From the NCBI GenBank assembly GCA_902538745.1, contig CACBGP010000002.1, positions 15,196-79,195 of the forward strand: a DNA stretch of 64,000 nt, written 5' to 3'. A program made the position numbers and the translations under genes. Numbering within the stretch: position 1 is the first letter of the stretch; the number at the start of each line of letters is the position of its first letter. The stretch comes from an uncultured Pelagibacteraceae bacterium (GTDB lineage: Bacteria > Pseudomonadota > Alphaproteobacteria > Pelagibacterales > Pelagibacteraceae). Below are positions 16,672-25,421 of this stretch, one piece after another. The notes below the pieces were generated by a model. It worked only from the letters and a program-made list of their open reading frames with translations, ran no database searches and was not told the DNA's origin.

Positions 16672-18161
16672 TAAAGTGTGTTTTGTTTAATAAATTTTTC
16701 TGCAGCAGGAAGGATTAATTTTTTTCTGTCACTTTTCATTTTGTCGAAAATTCTAACCATCATAGATAACCTTGGATTTTTCAAAAAAAATTTTCTATTT
16801 CTATCAATGAATCTCCAATACAACCCATCCATTATGTTGCACCAATCGCCTTTTTTAAAATCCATCATTTTCATAAAGTAACTCGAGCCACATATATATG
16901 GTTTTGTAGCAAATATTCCTCCATCACTAAATAATCCCATACCATAAACATTAGGCACCATTACCCAATCTGAGGAATCTACAAACATTTCCATAAACCA
17001 TTTATAAACAATGGTAGGCTTTATTTCACAAAGATTCATGATGTTAGATAAAATCATTAATCTTTCAATGTGATGAGACCATCCATGATTTAAAGCATTT
17101 TTGATTGCATAATCTAGTGGTGGTAAACCAGTTGTACCTTCATACCATGATTTTTTCATTTTGCGATTTTGTTTGAAAAAATTTCTAGTTTCCATTTCGT
17201 TTGAATAACTTTGATAAATTCCTCTCATAAATTCTCTCCATCCTATGACCTGACGCACATAACCTTCTAAAGAATTTAATTTGATTTTTTTACTCTTATG
17301 GAAATCTAAAACTTTTTTTATAATAAATTCAGGCGTTATTAATCCTAGGTTAATGTAAGGACTTAAAGCACTGTGAAATAAAATATTATCTTTTTGATCA
17401 ACAGCGTCCTCATAATCACCAAATAAATTAGATTTCTCTTTAATAAAAAAATTTAATAATTTGACCACATCATTAAATTCTGTAGCAAGCCAAAAGTTTT
17501 TGGTTGTTCCTGGATGATCTTTGAATAGTTTTTCAATAATAGGTTTTAATTTTTTAGTATGGTTAGTCTCATTAATTTTTGGGAATTTTGGAATAGAGAT
17601 ATTTTTTGGTAACTTATTTCTATTATCTTCATCAAAACTCCATTTACCTCCTATAGGATTCCCATCTGAACCCATTAATATGCCGGATTTTTTTCTAACT
17701 TCTTTATAAAAAGTTGCCATAAAAGGTTTTTTTGATTTTGATAAATATTGTTTAAATTCATCTCTCGAATTTAAAAACATAGGAGTTTGCACAATATTCC
17801 ATTTAATTTTTTCTTTTTTTGTGAATTGATCAATTTTTTTCTCAAAAAATTTATCCTCAATTTCAAAACTCGAAATTTCTTTTATTTTTTTTGAATTAAT
17901 TAATTTCTTTAATTTTTTTAAATAGTCATCTTTAAATTCTTTATCTTCAATTCTCAAATATTCTAATTTGAACTTATCCTTTTTAAGAGACTCCGCATGT
18001 GAACGCATTGATGATAAGAAAAGAAGGATTTTATTTTTATGATGTTTTTCATAAGTGCATAATTGGTAATCTTCTGCCATAAAAAATAGGTGGTCTTTTT
18101 TGAAGCGGTCCAAGTATTTTGGTGGAAATAATTGATTGCCAAGTATAAAAAATAACTTCAT
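16671..18161 (-). CDS. PhrB/CryB-type (FeS-BCP class) cryptochrome/(6-4) photolyase, apparently without an Fe-S cluster
   Basis: ILGNQLF, HHKNKI, GGKWSFDEDNR, FGDYEDA, EGYVRQVIGWREF, HHIERLM, WVMVPNVYGM and KPY motifs. Confidence 0.92.
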   Translation of the reverse strand: MKLFFILGNQLFPPKYLDRFKKDHLFFMAEDYQLCTYEKHHKNKILLFLSSMRSHAESLKKDKFKLEYLRIEDKEFKDDYLKKLKKLINSKKIKEISSFEIEDKFFEKKIDQFTKKEKIKWNIVQTPMFLNSRDEFKQYLSKSKKPFMATFYKEVRKKSGILMGSDGNPIGGKWSFDEDNRNKLPKNISIPKFPKINETNHTKKLKPIIEKLFKDHPGTTKNFWLATEFNDVVKLLNFFIKEKSNLFGDYEDAVDQKDNILFHSALSPYINLGLITPEFIIKKVLDFHKSKKIKLNSLEGYVRQVIGWREFMRGIYQSYSNEMETRNFFKQNRKMKKSWYEGTTGLPPLDYAIKNALNHGWSHHIERLMILSNIMNLCEIKPTIVYKWFMEMFVDSSDWVMVPNVYGMGLFSDGGIFATKPYICGSSYFMKMMDFKKGDWCNIMDGLYWRFIDRNRKFFLKNPRLSMMVRIFDKMKSDRKKLILPAAEKFIKQNTL

Positions 18162-18188
18162 ATTTAAATATAACTAATAAAAATTTTT

Positions 18189-18899
18189 ATGTCAGAAAAA
18201 TATCTTATTTTTGGTGCGACAGGATCCATCGGTTCTAGTTTGGCTGAACAATTAGTAAATTCAGGGAATTCAGTTCATTTAGTTGGTAGGAATGAAAATG
18301 AAACTAAAAATATTTCTGAAAAATTAGGTTGTGCATTTACAATAGCTGATGTTTTGCAAGATGGATTTGTGGATAAGGTTAAAAGTGATATTTCTGATGT
18401 AAAAGGTATTGCTTATTGTGTGGGTTCAATTGATCTGAAACCTTTAAGAATGGTGAATGAGCAAGATTTTAATAAGTGTATGAAATTAAATTTATACTCT
18501 GCAGTCGAGGTTATAAAGGGATATCAGGATATTTTAAAAAAAAATAAAGGTTCGGTCGTTTTATTTTCTACAGTTGCTGCTCAAAGAGGTTTTACAAATC
18601 ATGCAATAATTGCCTCTACAAAAGCTGCTGTTGAGGGTTTAACAGTTTCTTTGGCTGCAGAATTTGCTCCAAACATAAGAGTAAACTGTATTGCACCAAG
18701 TTTAACCAACTCTAAAATCGCTGAACCAATGTTAAAAAATAAGGCCTTAGCAGATGGAATTGCAAAAGCTCATCCATTAAAGAGATTGGGTGAGGGAAAA
18801 GACTCAGCCTCTTTAGCCAAATTTCTTATTACAGATGATAGCTCATGGGTGACAGGTCAAATTATAGCAGTTGATGGTGGAAGATCAAAGCTCTCGTAA
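18189..18899 (+). CDS. Short-chain dehydrogenase/reductase, atypical active site
   Basis: GATGSIG cofactor motif, IRVNCIAP and TGQ..AVDGG; YxxxK replaced by IASTK. Confidence 0.88.
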   Translation: MSEKYLIFGATGSIGSSLAEQLVNSGNSVHLVGRNENETKNISEKLGCAFTIADVLQDGFVDKVKSDISDVKGIAYCVGSIDLKPLRMVNEQDFNKCMKLNLYSAVEVIKGYQDILKKNKGSVVLFSTVAAQRGFTNHAIIASTKAAVEGLTVSLAAEFAPNIRVNCIAPSLTNSKIAEPMLKNKALADGIAKAHPLKRLGEGKDSASLAKFLITDDSSWVTGQIIAVDGGRSKLS

Positions 18900-18900
18900 A

Positions 18901-19965
18901 GTGAAAAAGTTTATTTTCTCGGTATCTTTATTCTTACTCTTAACAAACCTCTCATTTGCAAAAAATTTTAATTTAGAAAAAATTGTGGATTTAAACAGTC
19001 CTTGGGGCTCATCATTTATTAATAATGAAGAGCTAATTATAACTGAAAAAAGTGGAAAAATAAAAGTTGTAAACATTATTTCAAAACAAATTTCTGAAAT
19101 AAAGCACAATCTTAACTTTTTAGAACATGGTCAAGGTGGAATACTAGATATCCTTTTTAAAGATAATTTTATTTATGTATCTTACACAGAAAATAGAGGT
19201 AATGGTAAAACCAGCACCTCAATTGCAAAAACAAAATTTGCCGAAAAAGAATTAAAATTTGAAAATATTTTCCAAGCAAATCCTCCTATTAATTCTGGTT
19301 ATCATTTTGGATCAAGATTAGCGATTAAAGATGACTATCTTTTTGCATCTGCTGGTGAAAGAGGTGAGGGTATGATTGCGCAAGATCCAACAAAACATCC
19401 AGGAAGTATTATCAGAATAAATCTAGATGGCAGTATTCCACGAGACAATCCTAGATTTAAAGGGAAATCCAACTGGCTTCCAGAAATATATCAAATCGGT
19501 ATTAGAAATCCACAAGGTTTAACTTTATCTCCATTTGACGGAAAAATTTATATGAGTAATCACGGAGCAAGGGGTGGAGATTGGTTTGGTGAGGCTAAAG
19601 AAGGTGAAAATTATGGTTGGAAAATTTTAGGATGGGGAGGGACTAATTACTCTGGTATCCCAATTGGACCTAAATGGAAGCCAGGCTTCACAAAAGCAAT
19701 TCATTATTGGGTACCCTCAATTGCCACAAGTGCCATCACAATTTACAAAGGTAAGGAATTTAGTGAATGGAATGGTCATGCACTTATAACATCATTGAAA
19801 GATCAATCTCTAAGAAAACTGATATTTAAAGATTTATCAAATGTAAAAGAAGATATTATTTTTCAAAAAAAAATTGGAAGATTAAGAGATATACAAGTAC
19901 ATCCAGAAAATGGTAAAATTTATTTTTTAGCAGGAGATAGTTTGTGGTTAATGGAAAAAAATTAA
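18901..19965 (+). CDS. PQQ-dependent aldose sugar dehydrogenase (YliI/GSDH family), exported
   Basis: GQGGILD, HFGSRL, GIRNPQG, NYGW and GRLRD. Likely start is GTG 18901, giving a signal peptide; the ORF track start is 18871. Confidence 0.88.
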   Translation: MKKFIFSVSLFLLLTNLSFAKNFNLEKIVDLNSPWGSSFINNEELIITEKSGKIKVVNIISKQISEIKHNLNFLEHGQGGILDILFKDNFIYVSYTENRGNGKTSTSIAKTKFAEKELKFENIFQANPPINSGYHFGSRLAIKDDYLFASAGERGEGMIAQDPTKHPGSIIRINLDGSIPRDNPRFKGKSNWLPEIYQIGIRNPQGLTLSPFDGKIYMSNHGARGGDWFGEAKEGENYGWKILGWGGTNYSGIPIGPKWKPGFTKAIHYWVPSIATSAITIYKGKEFSEWNGHALITSLKDQSLRKLIFKDLSNVKEDIIFQKKIGRLRDIQVHPENGKIYFLAGDSLWLMEKN

Positions 19966-21017
19966 TTAATTTTTTATGTATTTTAATTGGCATAATATTT
20001 TATAATTGTTTAAGTATTGCAATGGAAAAACCCTATCATCATTTGCCAGATGGAACTTTTAGAAATCCTGAGGGATCACCTAAAAGAGATGCCAATATAA
20101 AATGGTCATATAAAATTTTTAATCAAGAAAAAAAGAAACTTGATATGACGGTGCCAAAAAGTCATGTAATTGAAAAAGAAAAAGTAATTTTAGATCTTAA
20201 AAAATATCAAGATGACGACTATATCGCTTGGATTGGTCATGCAACTTTCTTAATTAAACTTGGTGAAACTACAATAATTACTGACCCAGTTTTCTCAAAA
20301 AATGCTGGCCCACTTATATTTGGCCCAAAAAGATATACAGAACCGGCGCTTACTCTAAATGAAATACCAAAAATAGATTTATTTTTATTAACTCATAACC
20401 ACTACGACCATCAAGATGCATACACGATTAGGAAGTTTCCATATAAAAATGCAAAAGTGTTACTGCCTCTTAAACTTGGGAAATACTTCAGAAGATATAA
20501 AGATGTTAATGAAATGGATTGGTATGACGAAATAAAAATAAACGAAAAATTAAAAGTTACATTTTTACCCGCGGTTCATTGGTCAAAACGTAGTCTAACT
20601 GATACCAATAAAACTTTATGGGGAAATTTTTTAATTGAATATGATGGAAAAAAAATTTTATTTGCCTGTGATACAGGAATTGGAGACATATATAAGTCTA
20701 TTGGTCAAAAATATGGTCCAATTGATTTAACGTTTATAAATATTGGTGCTTACAATTTTTATCCGATTATGCCTTATAAAGATAAATCTATCTATCACAC
20801 AAACCCAGAGGAAGCTTTAGAAATTGCTCAAAATCTTAAAAGTAAGAAAGTGGTTGGCATGCATTGGGGAACTTTCGTTCTATCCTTAGAACCTATAATG
20901 GAGCCACCAAAAAGATTTAAAGCCAGTGCCAACAAGTATGGTTTTAAAAAAGAGGATGTTTTGATTTATAAAATTGGTGAGTTTGACTCACTTAAAAAAT
21001 TACTTAGTTACAATTAG
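19944..21017 (+). CDS. MBL-fold metallo-hydrolase (RomA/NAPE-PLD-like)
   Basis: WIGHAT, TDPVFS, THNHYDH, PAVHWSKR, IGAY and MHWGTF. Confidence 0.88.
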   Translation: MVNGKKLINFLCILIGIIFYNCLSIAMEKPYHHLPDGTFRNPEGSPKRDANIKWSYKIFNQEKKKLDMTVPKSHVIEKEKVILDLKKYQDDDYIAWIGHATFLIKLGETTIITDPVFSKNAGPLIFGPKRYTEPALTLNEIPKIDLFLLTHNHYDHQDAYTIRKFPYKNAKVLLPLKLGKYFRRYKDVNEMDWYDEIKINEKLKVTFLPAVHWSKRSLTDTNKTLWGNFLIEYDGKKILFACDTGIGDIYKSIGQKYGPIDLTFINIGAYNFYPIMPYKDKSIYHTNPEEALEIAQNLKSKKVVGMHWGTFVLSLEPIMEPPKRFKASANKYGFKKEDVLIYKIGEFDSLKKLLSYN

Positions 21018-21277
21018 TTGTCTAAAATTTTTCTTTTTGCTTTCTCAAATTCTTCCTGGGTTAAAACTCCATCTTTTAAAAGTTTATTCAATTTTTCAAG
21101 CTCATAACTTAAACTATCTTCATCAACCAAAGGAGGATCAGTTTTTTCATTATCAGAATTTTCATTTATTTTATTTGCACTTTTGGCACTAAATCCATTC
21201 ATTATTGCAGTTGCGCCAAGATATAAAACAAATCCAAAAATTGGTATTACCAAACCAAGAAAGATAATTTTTTCCAT
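21014..21277 (-). CDS. SHOCT-domain membrane-anchored protein
   Basis: N-terminal TM helix; C-terminal ELEKLNKLLKDGVLTQEEFEKAKRKIL. Confidence 0.85.
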   Translation of the reverse strand: MEKIIFLGLVIPIFGFVLYLGATAIMNGFSAKSANKINENSDNEKTDPPLVDEDSLSYELEKLNKLLKDGVLTQEEFEKAKRKILDN

Positions 21278-21280
21278 TAA

Positions 21281-21484
21281 TTAGTCCTCATCTTCCTCTC
21301 TCCAATTTTTTTCGTACATAAGCCATGCTGCTAATATTACTGAAAAAGTTCCAACAATCATACCATAATCAAATCCAGTTTGTTGATCGTATAGATACCA
21401 ACCAAGTTGAGTTGCTCCAATCGGAGGTATGGTAAGTATAACCATAATAATTAAAATTCTATATGGGTATTTTGGCTTTCTCAT
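21281..21484 (-). CDS. Small hypothetical membrane protein (2 TM)
   Basis: 67-aa ORF that fills the gap between folD and the SHOCT gene on the same strand. Confidence 0.65.
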   Translation of the reverse strand: MRKPKYPYRILIIMVILTIPPIGATQLGWYLYDQQTGFDYGMIVGTFSVILAAWLMYEKNWREEDED

Positions 21485-21521
21485 AGCTTAGCTTATCAAA
21501 GATTTTTTAATGATTTAAATG

Positions 21522-22367
21522 TTAAATTTGCGATCTTTTGAAACAGTCAATCGTATTTTTAAGTAAACACGCAATTGTCATTGGACCAACACCCCCGGGA
21601 ACTGGCGTAAGGGCTTTTGCATTTTTTGAAACTTCATCAAATGCAACATCACCAACAATTCCCTTTTCAGTTTTATTAATACCTACGTCAATCACAATTG
21701 CATCTTTTTTAACCCAATCTCCTTTTACCAACTCAGGAATACCGACGGCAGCAACAACAATATCTGCCTCTAAACATTCAGCTTTTAAATCTTTAGTTTT
21801 TGAATGAGTTATCGTTACAGTGCAGTTTTCTTTCAAAAGAAGTTGTGTCATTGGTTTGCCATTTAAATTTGATCTACCTATTACAACAGCTTTTTTACCA
21901 TTTAAATTTGGCTCAAATTTTTTAATTAATAAGTAGCATCCTAGAGGAGTACAAGGTACTGAACTTTCATAACCAGAAGAAAGATTGCCGACGTTTATAG
22001 GATGAAATCCATCAACATCTTTTGTGTGATCAATCGCTTCAATAACTTTCTTTTTATCTATATGTTTTGGCAAAGGTAATTGTACTAATATACCAGAAAC
22101 ACTTTTATCATTATTTAATTCATTTATTTTTTCTAAAATTACTTTTTCTTCGACGTTATCGGGATACTTTATTACCTCGGACTTTAGTCCAACCTCATTT
22201 GCTGATTTTTCTTTATTTCTTACATAAATTTGACTTGGAGTTAAATCTCCAATTAAGATTACAGACAGACCAGGAACTTTATTATATTTTGATTTAAGTT
22301 CAGAGACTTCTTTTTTAAGCTCTTGCCTTAATAATGCAGCTTCTTTTTTTCCATCAATTAAAATCAT
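21522..22367 (-). CDS. folD: Methylenetetrahydrofolate dehydrogenase/cyclohydrolase
   Basis: GILVQLPLP, KDVDGFHP, PCTP and TPVPGGVGPMT. Confidence 0.97.
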   Translation of the reverse strand: MILIDGKKEAALLRQELKKEVSELKSKYNKVPGLSVILIGDLTPSQIYVRNKEKSANEVGLKSEVIKYPDNVEEKVILEKINELNNDKSVSGILVQLPLPKHIDKKKVIEAIDHTKDVDGFHPINVGNLSSGYESSVPCTPLGCYLLIKKFEPNLNGKKAVVIGRSNLNGKPMTQLLLKENCTVTITHSKTKDLKAECLEADIVVAAVGIPELVKGDWVKKDAIVIDVGINKTEKGIVGDVAFDEVSKNAKALTPVPGGVGPMTIACLLKNTIDCFKRSQI

Positions 22368-22374
22368 AATTTAT

Positions 22375-22665
22375 TTAAAATATCATTGGTGCAACGTAAA
22401 GCTTCATACACATTTCTATAAACCAAATCAATAGAAGTAAAATTATAGGAGAAATATCCAAAGCACCTAAATTTGGCAAAAAACGTCTTATCTTATTTAA
22501 AATTGGATCAGTTAATCGATAAGTAAAGTCTAAAACTAAATAAACAAATCTATTTTGAGTATTTAGAATGTTAAAAGCAACTAGCCAACTTATTATTACA
22601 TTCGCAATTACAACATAGGAATATAGTTTTAGGATCTGTAAGACTAAATAAAAAACAGCTATCAT
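22375..22665 (-). CDS. YggT family membrane protein
   Basis: SWLVAFN, LTDPIL..IRRFLP..G.LDISP. Confidence 0.9.
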   Translation of the reverse strand: MIAVFYLVLQILKLYSYVVIANVIISWLVAFNILNTQNRFVYLVLDFTYRLTDPILNKIRRFLPNLGALDISPIILLLLIWFIEMCMKLYVAPMIF

Positions 22666-23747
22666 TTCTTTTCAACATAAATCGACTGACTTGGAAATGC
22701 GAAAGAAGCTTTGTTGCTTTCAACAATTTGTTTAATTTCTATTGCTAGACGCTCTTTTACAGACAACCAATCATTCCAGCTGCTAGTTTTTGTAAAACAA
22801 CGAACATACATATCTATCGAACTATCTGAAAATTTATCAACTCTAACTGCAACACCAATACTTTGCTTAAAGTCATCACTTTTATTGATATGGTTTTCGA
22901 TTTGATCTCTTATGGTTTTTAATTGATCAACTGTTGTGTCATATTGAAGAGTGATAATCCAACTTATCAACCAGTTTGAAGTTTCACTTACATTAATAAC
23001 TGCATTTTCTGCAAATTGAAAATTAGGAATTATTGCTAAAGATTTATCAAATTTTCTAATAGTCGTAGATCTAAAACCAATTTTTTCAACTATGCCCTCT
23101 ATTATTCCATCAACTAAAATCCAATCTCCTATTTTAAATCTTTTTTCAACAAGAACTAAAATGCCTGATATTAAATTTTTAAATAAATCTTGAGCACCTA
23201 AAGCCACAGCCACACCAAATAAACCTAAACCCGCGATAATGGGACCGATTTTGATACCCCATAATTCTAAAACAGCAGCTAAACCTAAAATAAAAATCAA
23301 AATCTTTAATGATTTAATTATCCATCCTATTAACTCCTTGGTTAAAAGCTTATCAAGACCACTTAGAACATATGAGACGGGTTCAATAATTTGATGCATT
23401 ACCCAGAAAATTAATATCGTTATTAAAGTTCTGTTTATTGTATCAACAATGTCTCTGCTTTCAGCAGAAAAAGTCATATAATAACTTGCAATAAAAAATC
23501 CTAAAACTATTGGTAAAAATCTTGCTGGTCCTACAAGAGCGTTAACAAAAGTATCATCTAATTTATTAGTTGTTCTTTTTGAAATTATTTCTAATTTTTT
23601 TATTATTAGTTTGCTTAAAATTCCTCTGAAGATTAAGAAAATTAAAAAAATTCCTAAACCGATTAATATTTGAAAAATATCAACACCTAAAATCCCTTTA
23701 TTCCAAACTGATAAAAAAATTTCTGAAAAATTATTTATTAATTCCAT
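22662..23747 (-). CDS. Small-conductance mechanosensitive channel (MscS family)
   Basis: AGLGLFGVAVALGAQD, FKIGDWI, G.VEKIGFRST and FAFPSQ. Confidence 0.92.
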   Translation of the reverse strand: MELINNFSEIFLSVWNKGILGVDIFQILIGLGIFLIFLIFRGILSKLIIKKLEIISKRTTNKLDDTFVNALVGPARFLPIVLGFFIASYYMTFSAESRDIVDTINRTLITILIFWVMHQIIEPVSYVLSGLDKLLTKELIGWIIKSLKILIFILGLAAVLELWGIKIGPIIAGLGLFGVAVALGAQDLFKNLISGILVLVEKRFKIGDWILVDGIIEGIVEKIGFRSTTIRKFDKSLAIIPNFQFAENAVINVSETSNWLISWIITLQYDTTVDQLKTIRDQIENHINKSDDFKQSIGVAVRVDKFSDSSIDMYVRCFTKTSSWNDWLSVKERLAIEIKQIVESNKASFAFPSQSIYVEKK

Positions 23748-23749
23748 AA

Positions 23750-24448
23750 CTAAATTTTATATAACAAAAACTCCTCTTCACCAGGATTAAAAAGAAATAT
23801 TTTTTTCCATTTAATTTCATTCAATATAGACGAAGTTTTCTCACCAATACACATCAAATTTGTATTCATCCATAAACCCTCGGTTTGATATATTTTTATA
23901 AAATTAAGAAAACTTGAGGCACTATTTTGTGAATAAACATAAACTATGTCAGGTAAATTTTCTTTTAATTTGATTATAAACTCGTCATCAAATTTTTGAT
24001 TATATTTTGCTCTATAATTAATAATTCTTTTTACAACAAAACCCTCTAAAGCCAACTGTTGATCTAAGTCAACAGATACCGTTTCTCCACTAACATAAAT
24101 AAGTTTTTTATTTTTAGTATCGTAAGTCCTTAAAATTAATTCTTTTAAATTTGAAACATTTCCCTCTGCGGCAACTGTATTTTGAAAACCTAAATCACGA
24201 GCTTTTTTTTCTGTTACATTTCCCACACAAAAACACTTAATTTTTTTATCTATGTTTTTTAAATTTAAATACTTAACAGCGTTAGCACTGGTGAAAATTA
24301 TTCCCTCAAATTCAGAAAAATTAATTTCATCATAATTAATTTTTTCAATATTAAGTAAGGGAAGATGGGATATTTTATGACCAAGCGATTTAAACTTTAA
24401 AGCTAGTGCCGAGCAATCTTCCAATGGTCTAGTCAACAAAATATGCAT
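23750..24448 (-). CDS. hemD: Uroporphyrinogen-III synthase
   Basis: ILLTRP, FTSANAV, CVG..T and VYS..SA; directly downstream of hemC. Confidence 0.9.
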   Translation of the reverse strand: MHILLTRPLEDCSALALKFKSLGHKISHLPLLNIEKINYDEINFSEFEGIIFTSANAVKYLNLKNIDKKIKCFCVGNVTEKKARDLGFQNTVAAEGNVSNLKELILRTYDTKNKKLIYVSGETVSVDLDQQLALEGFVVKRIINYRAKYNQKFDDEFIIKLKENLPDIVYVYSQNSASSFLNFIKIYQTEGLWMNTNLMCIGEKTSSILNEIKWKKIFLFNPGEEEFLLYKI

Positions 24449-24449
24449 A

Positions 24450-25367
24450 TCATTTCTTATAAGAATTATTAGATTTTTTTTTTAGAATCTCGCCAATCTC
24501 TTCACCAATCTCTCTAAACTTTGATTTTTCAACAATTTTTTTTTCATAGTATCTCTCTGATCCATCTAAAGAAAAAAGCTCAGCTTCTAATGTTAGTTGG
24601 TCACCTTCTATTTTTGAATGAACGCCCACTGCAGTTTCACAGTCGCCCTCTAAAACTTTTAAAACATTTCGCTCAGAATGTGCCCTTCTGTAGGTTTGAT
24701 CGTGATTAATCTTTTTTAAAATTGAAATAACTTCATCATCATTTTCTCTACACTGAATAGCAATAATACCTTGTCCAGCACTAGGTATAATTTCTTCAGT
24801 TTCAAAAGTTTCTGTAATGTATTCGTCAAGTTTTAAAAATTTCATTCCGGCACTTGATAAAAGTATTCCGTCATAAAGTCCATCTTTTAACTTTTTGATT
24901 CTTGTATCTACATTTCCTCTTATAATTTTACAATTAAGATCAGGTCTTTTTTTTTTTATTTGAAACTCTCTACGATAAGAAGAAGTTCCGATTATAGAAT
25001 TAACATCTAAGTCTTTAATTTTTTTTTTATTAAATGTTATAAGAATTTCCCGTGGATCATTTCTTTCTAGGAAAGTGTCAGTTACAAGCCCTTTCGTATC
25101 ATTTACTGGCATGTCTTTAAGAGCATGGACAGCAATATCAATTTCTTTTTTAAGAAGTTGTTTTTCAATTTCACTTGAAAATAGACCTTTGCCACCAACC
25201 TCTGATAATCTTTTGTCTTTAATCTGATCACCTTTTGTTGATATTGGCTTTATATGAAGCTCTTCCTCTTTAAAACTAGCGCTTTGAATAATCTTATCTT
25301 TTACTTTTTGCGCGTAAAGTATAGCCAACTTGCTTCCTCTTGAACCAATCGTTATTTTTTTTTTCAT
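24450..25367 (-). CDS. hemC: Hydroxymethylbilane synthase
   Basis: IGSRGSKLA, GGKGLF, VHALKD, GTSS.RR, RGNVDTR and LEGDC. Start moved from 25403 to ATG 25367. Confidence 0.96.
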   Translation of the reverse strand: MKKKITIGSRGSKLAILYAQKVKDKIIQSASFKEEELHIKPISTKGDQIKDKRLSEVGGKGLFSSEIEKQLLKKEIDIAVHALKDMPVNDTKGLVTDTFLERNDPREILITFNKKKIKDLDVNSIIGTSSYRREFQIKKKRPDLNCKIIRGNVDTRIKKLKDGLYDGILLSSAGMKFLKLDEYITETFETEEIIPSAGQGIIAIQCRENDDEVISILKKINHDQTYRRAHSERNVLKVLEGDCETAVGVHSKIEGDQLTLEAELFSLDGSERYYEKKIVEKSKFREIGEEIGEILKKKSNNSYKK

Positions 25368-25421
25368 AAAAATATATTTCTTACTTGTATTGAGATTGTA
25401 CAATTATTAAAACTTATTTGA

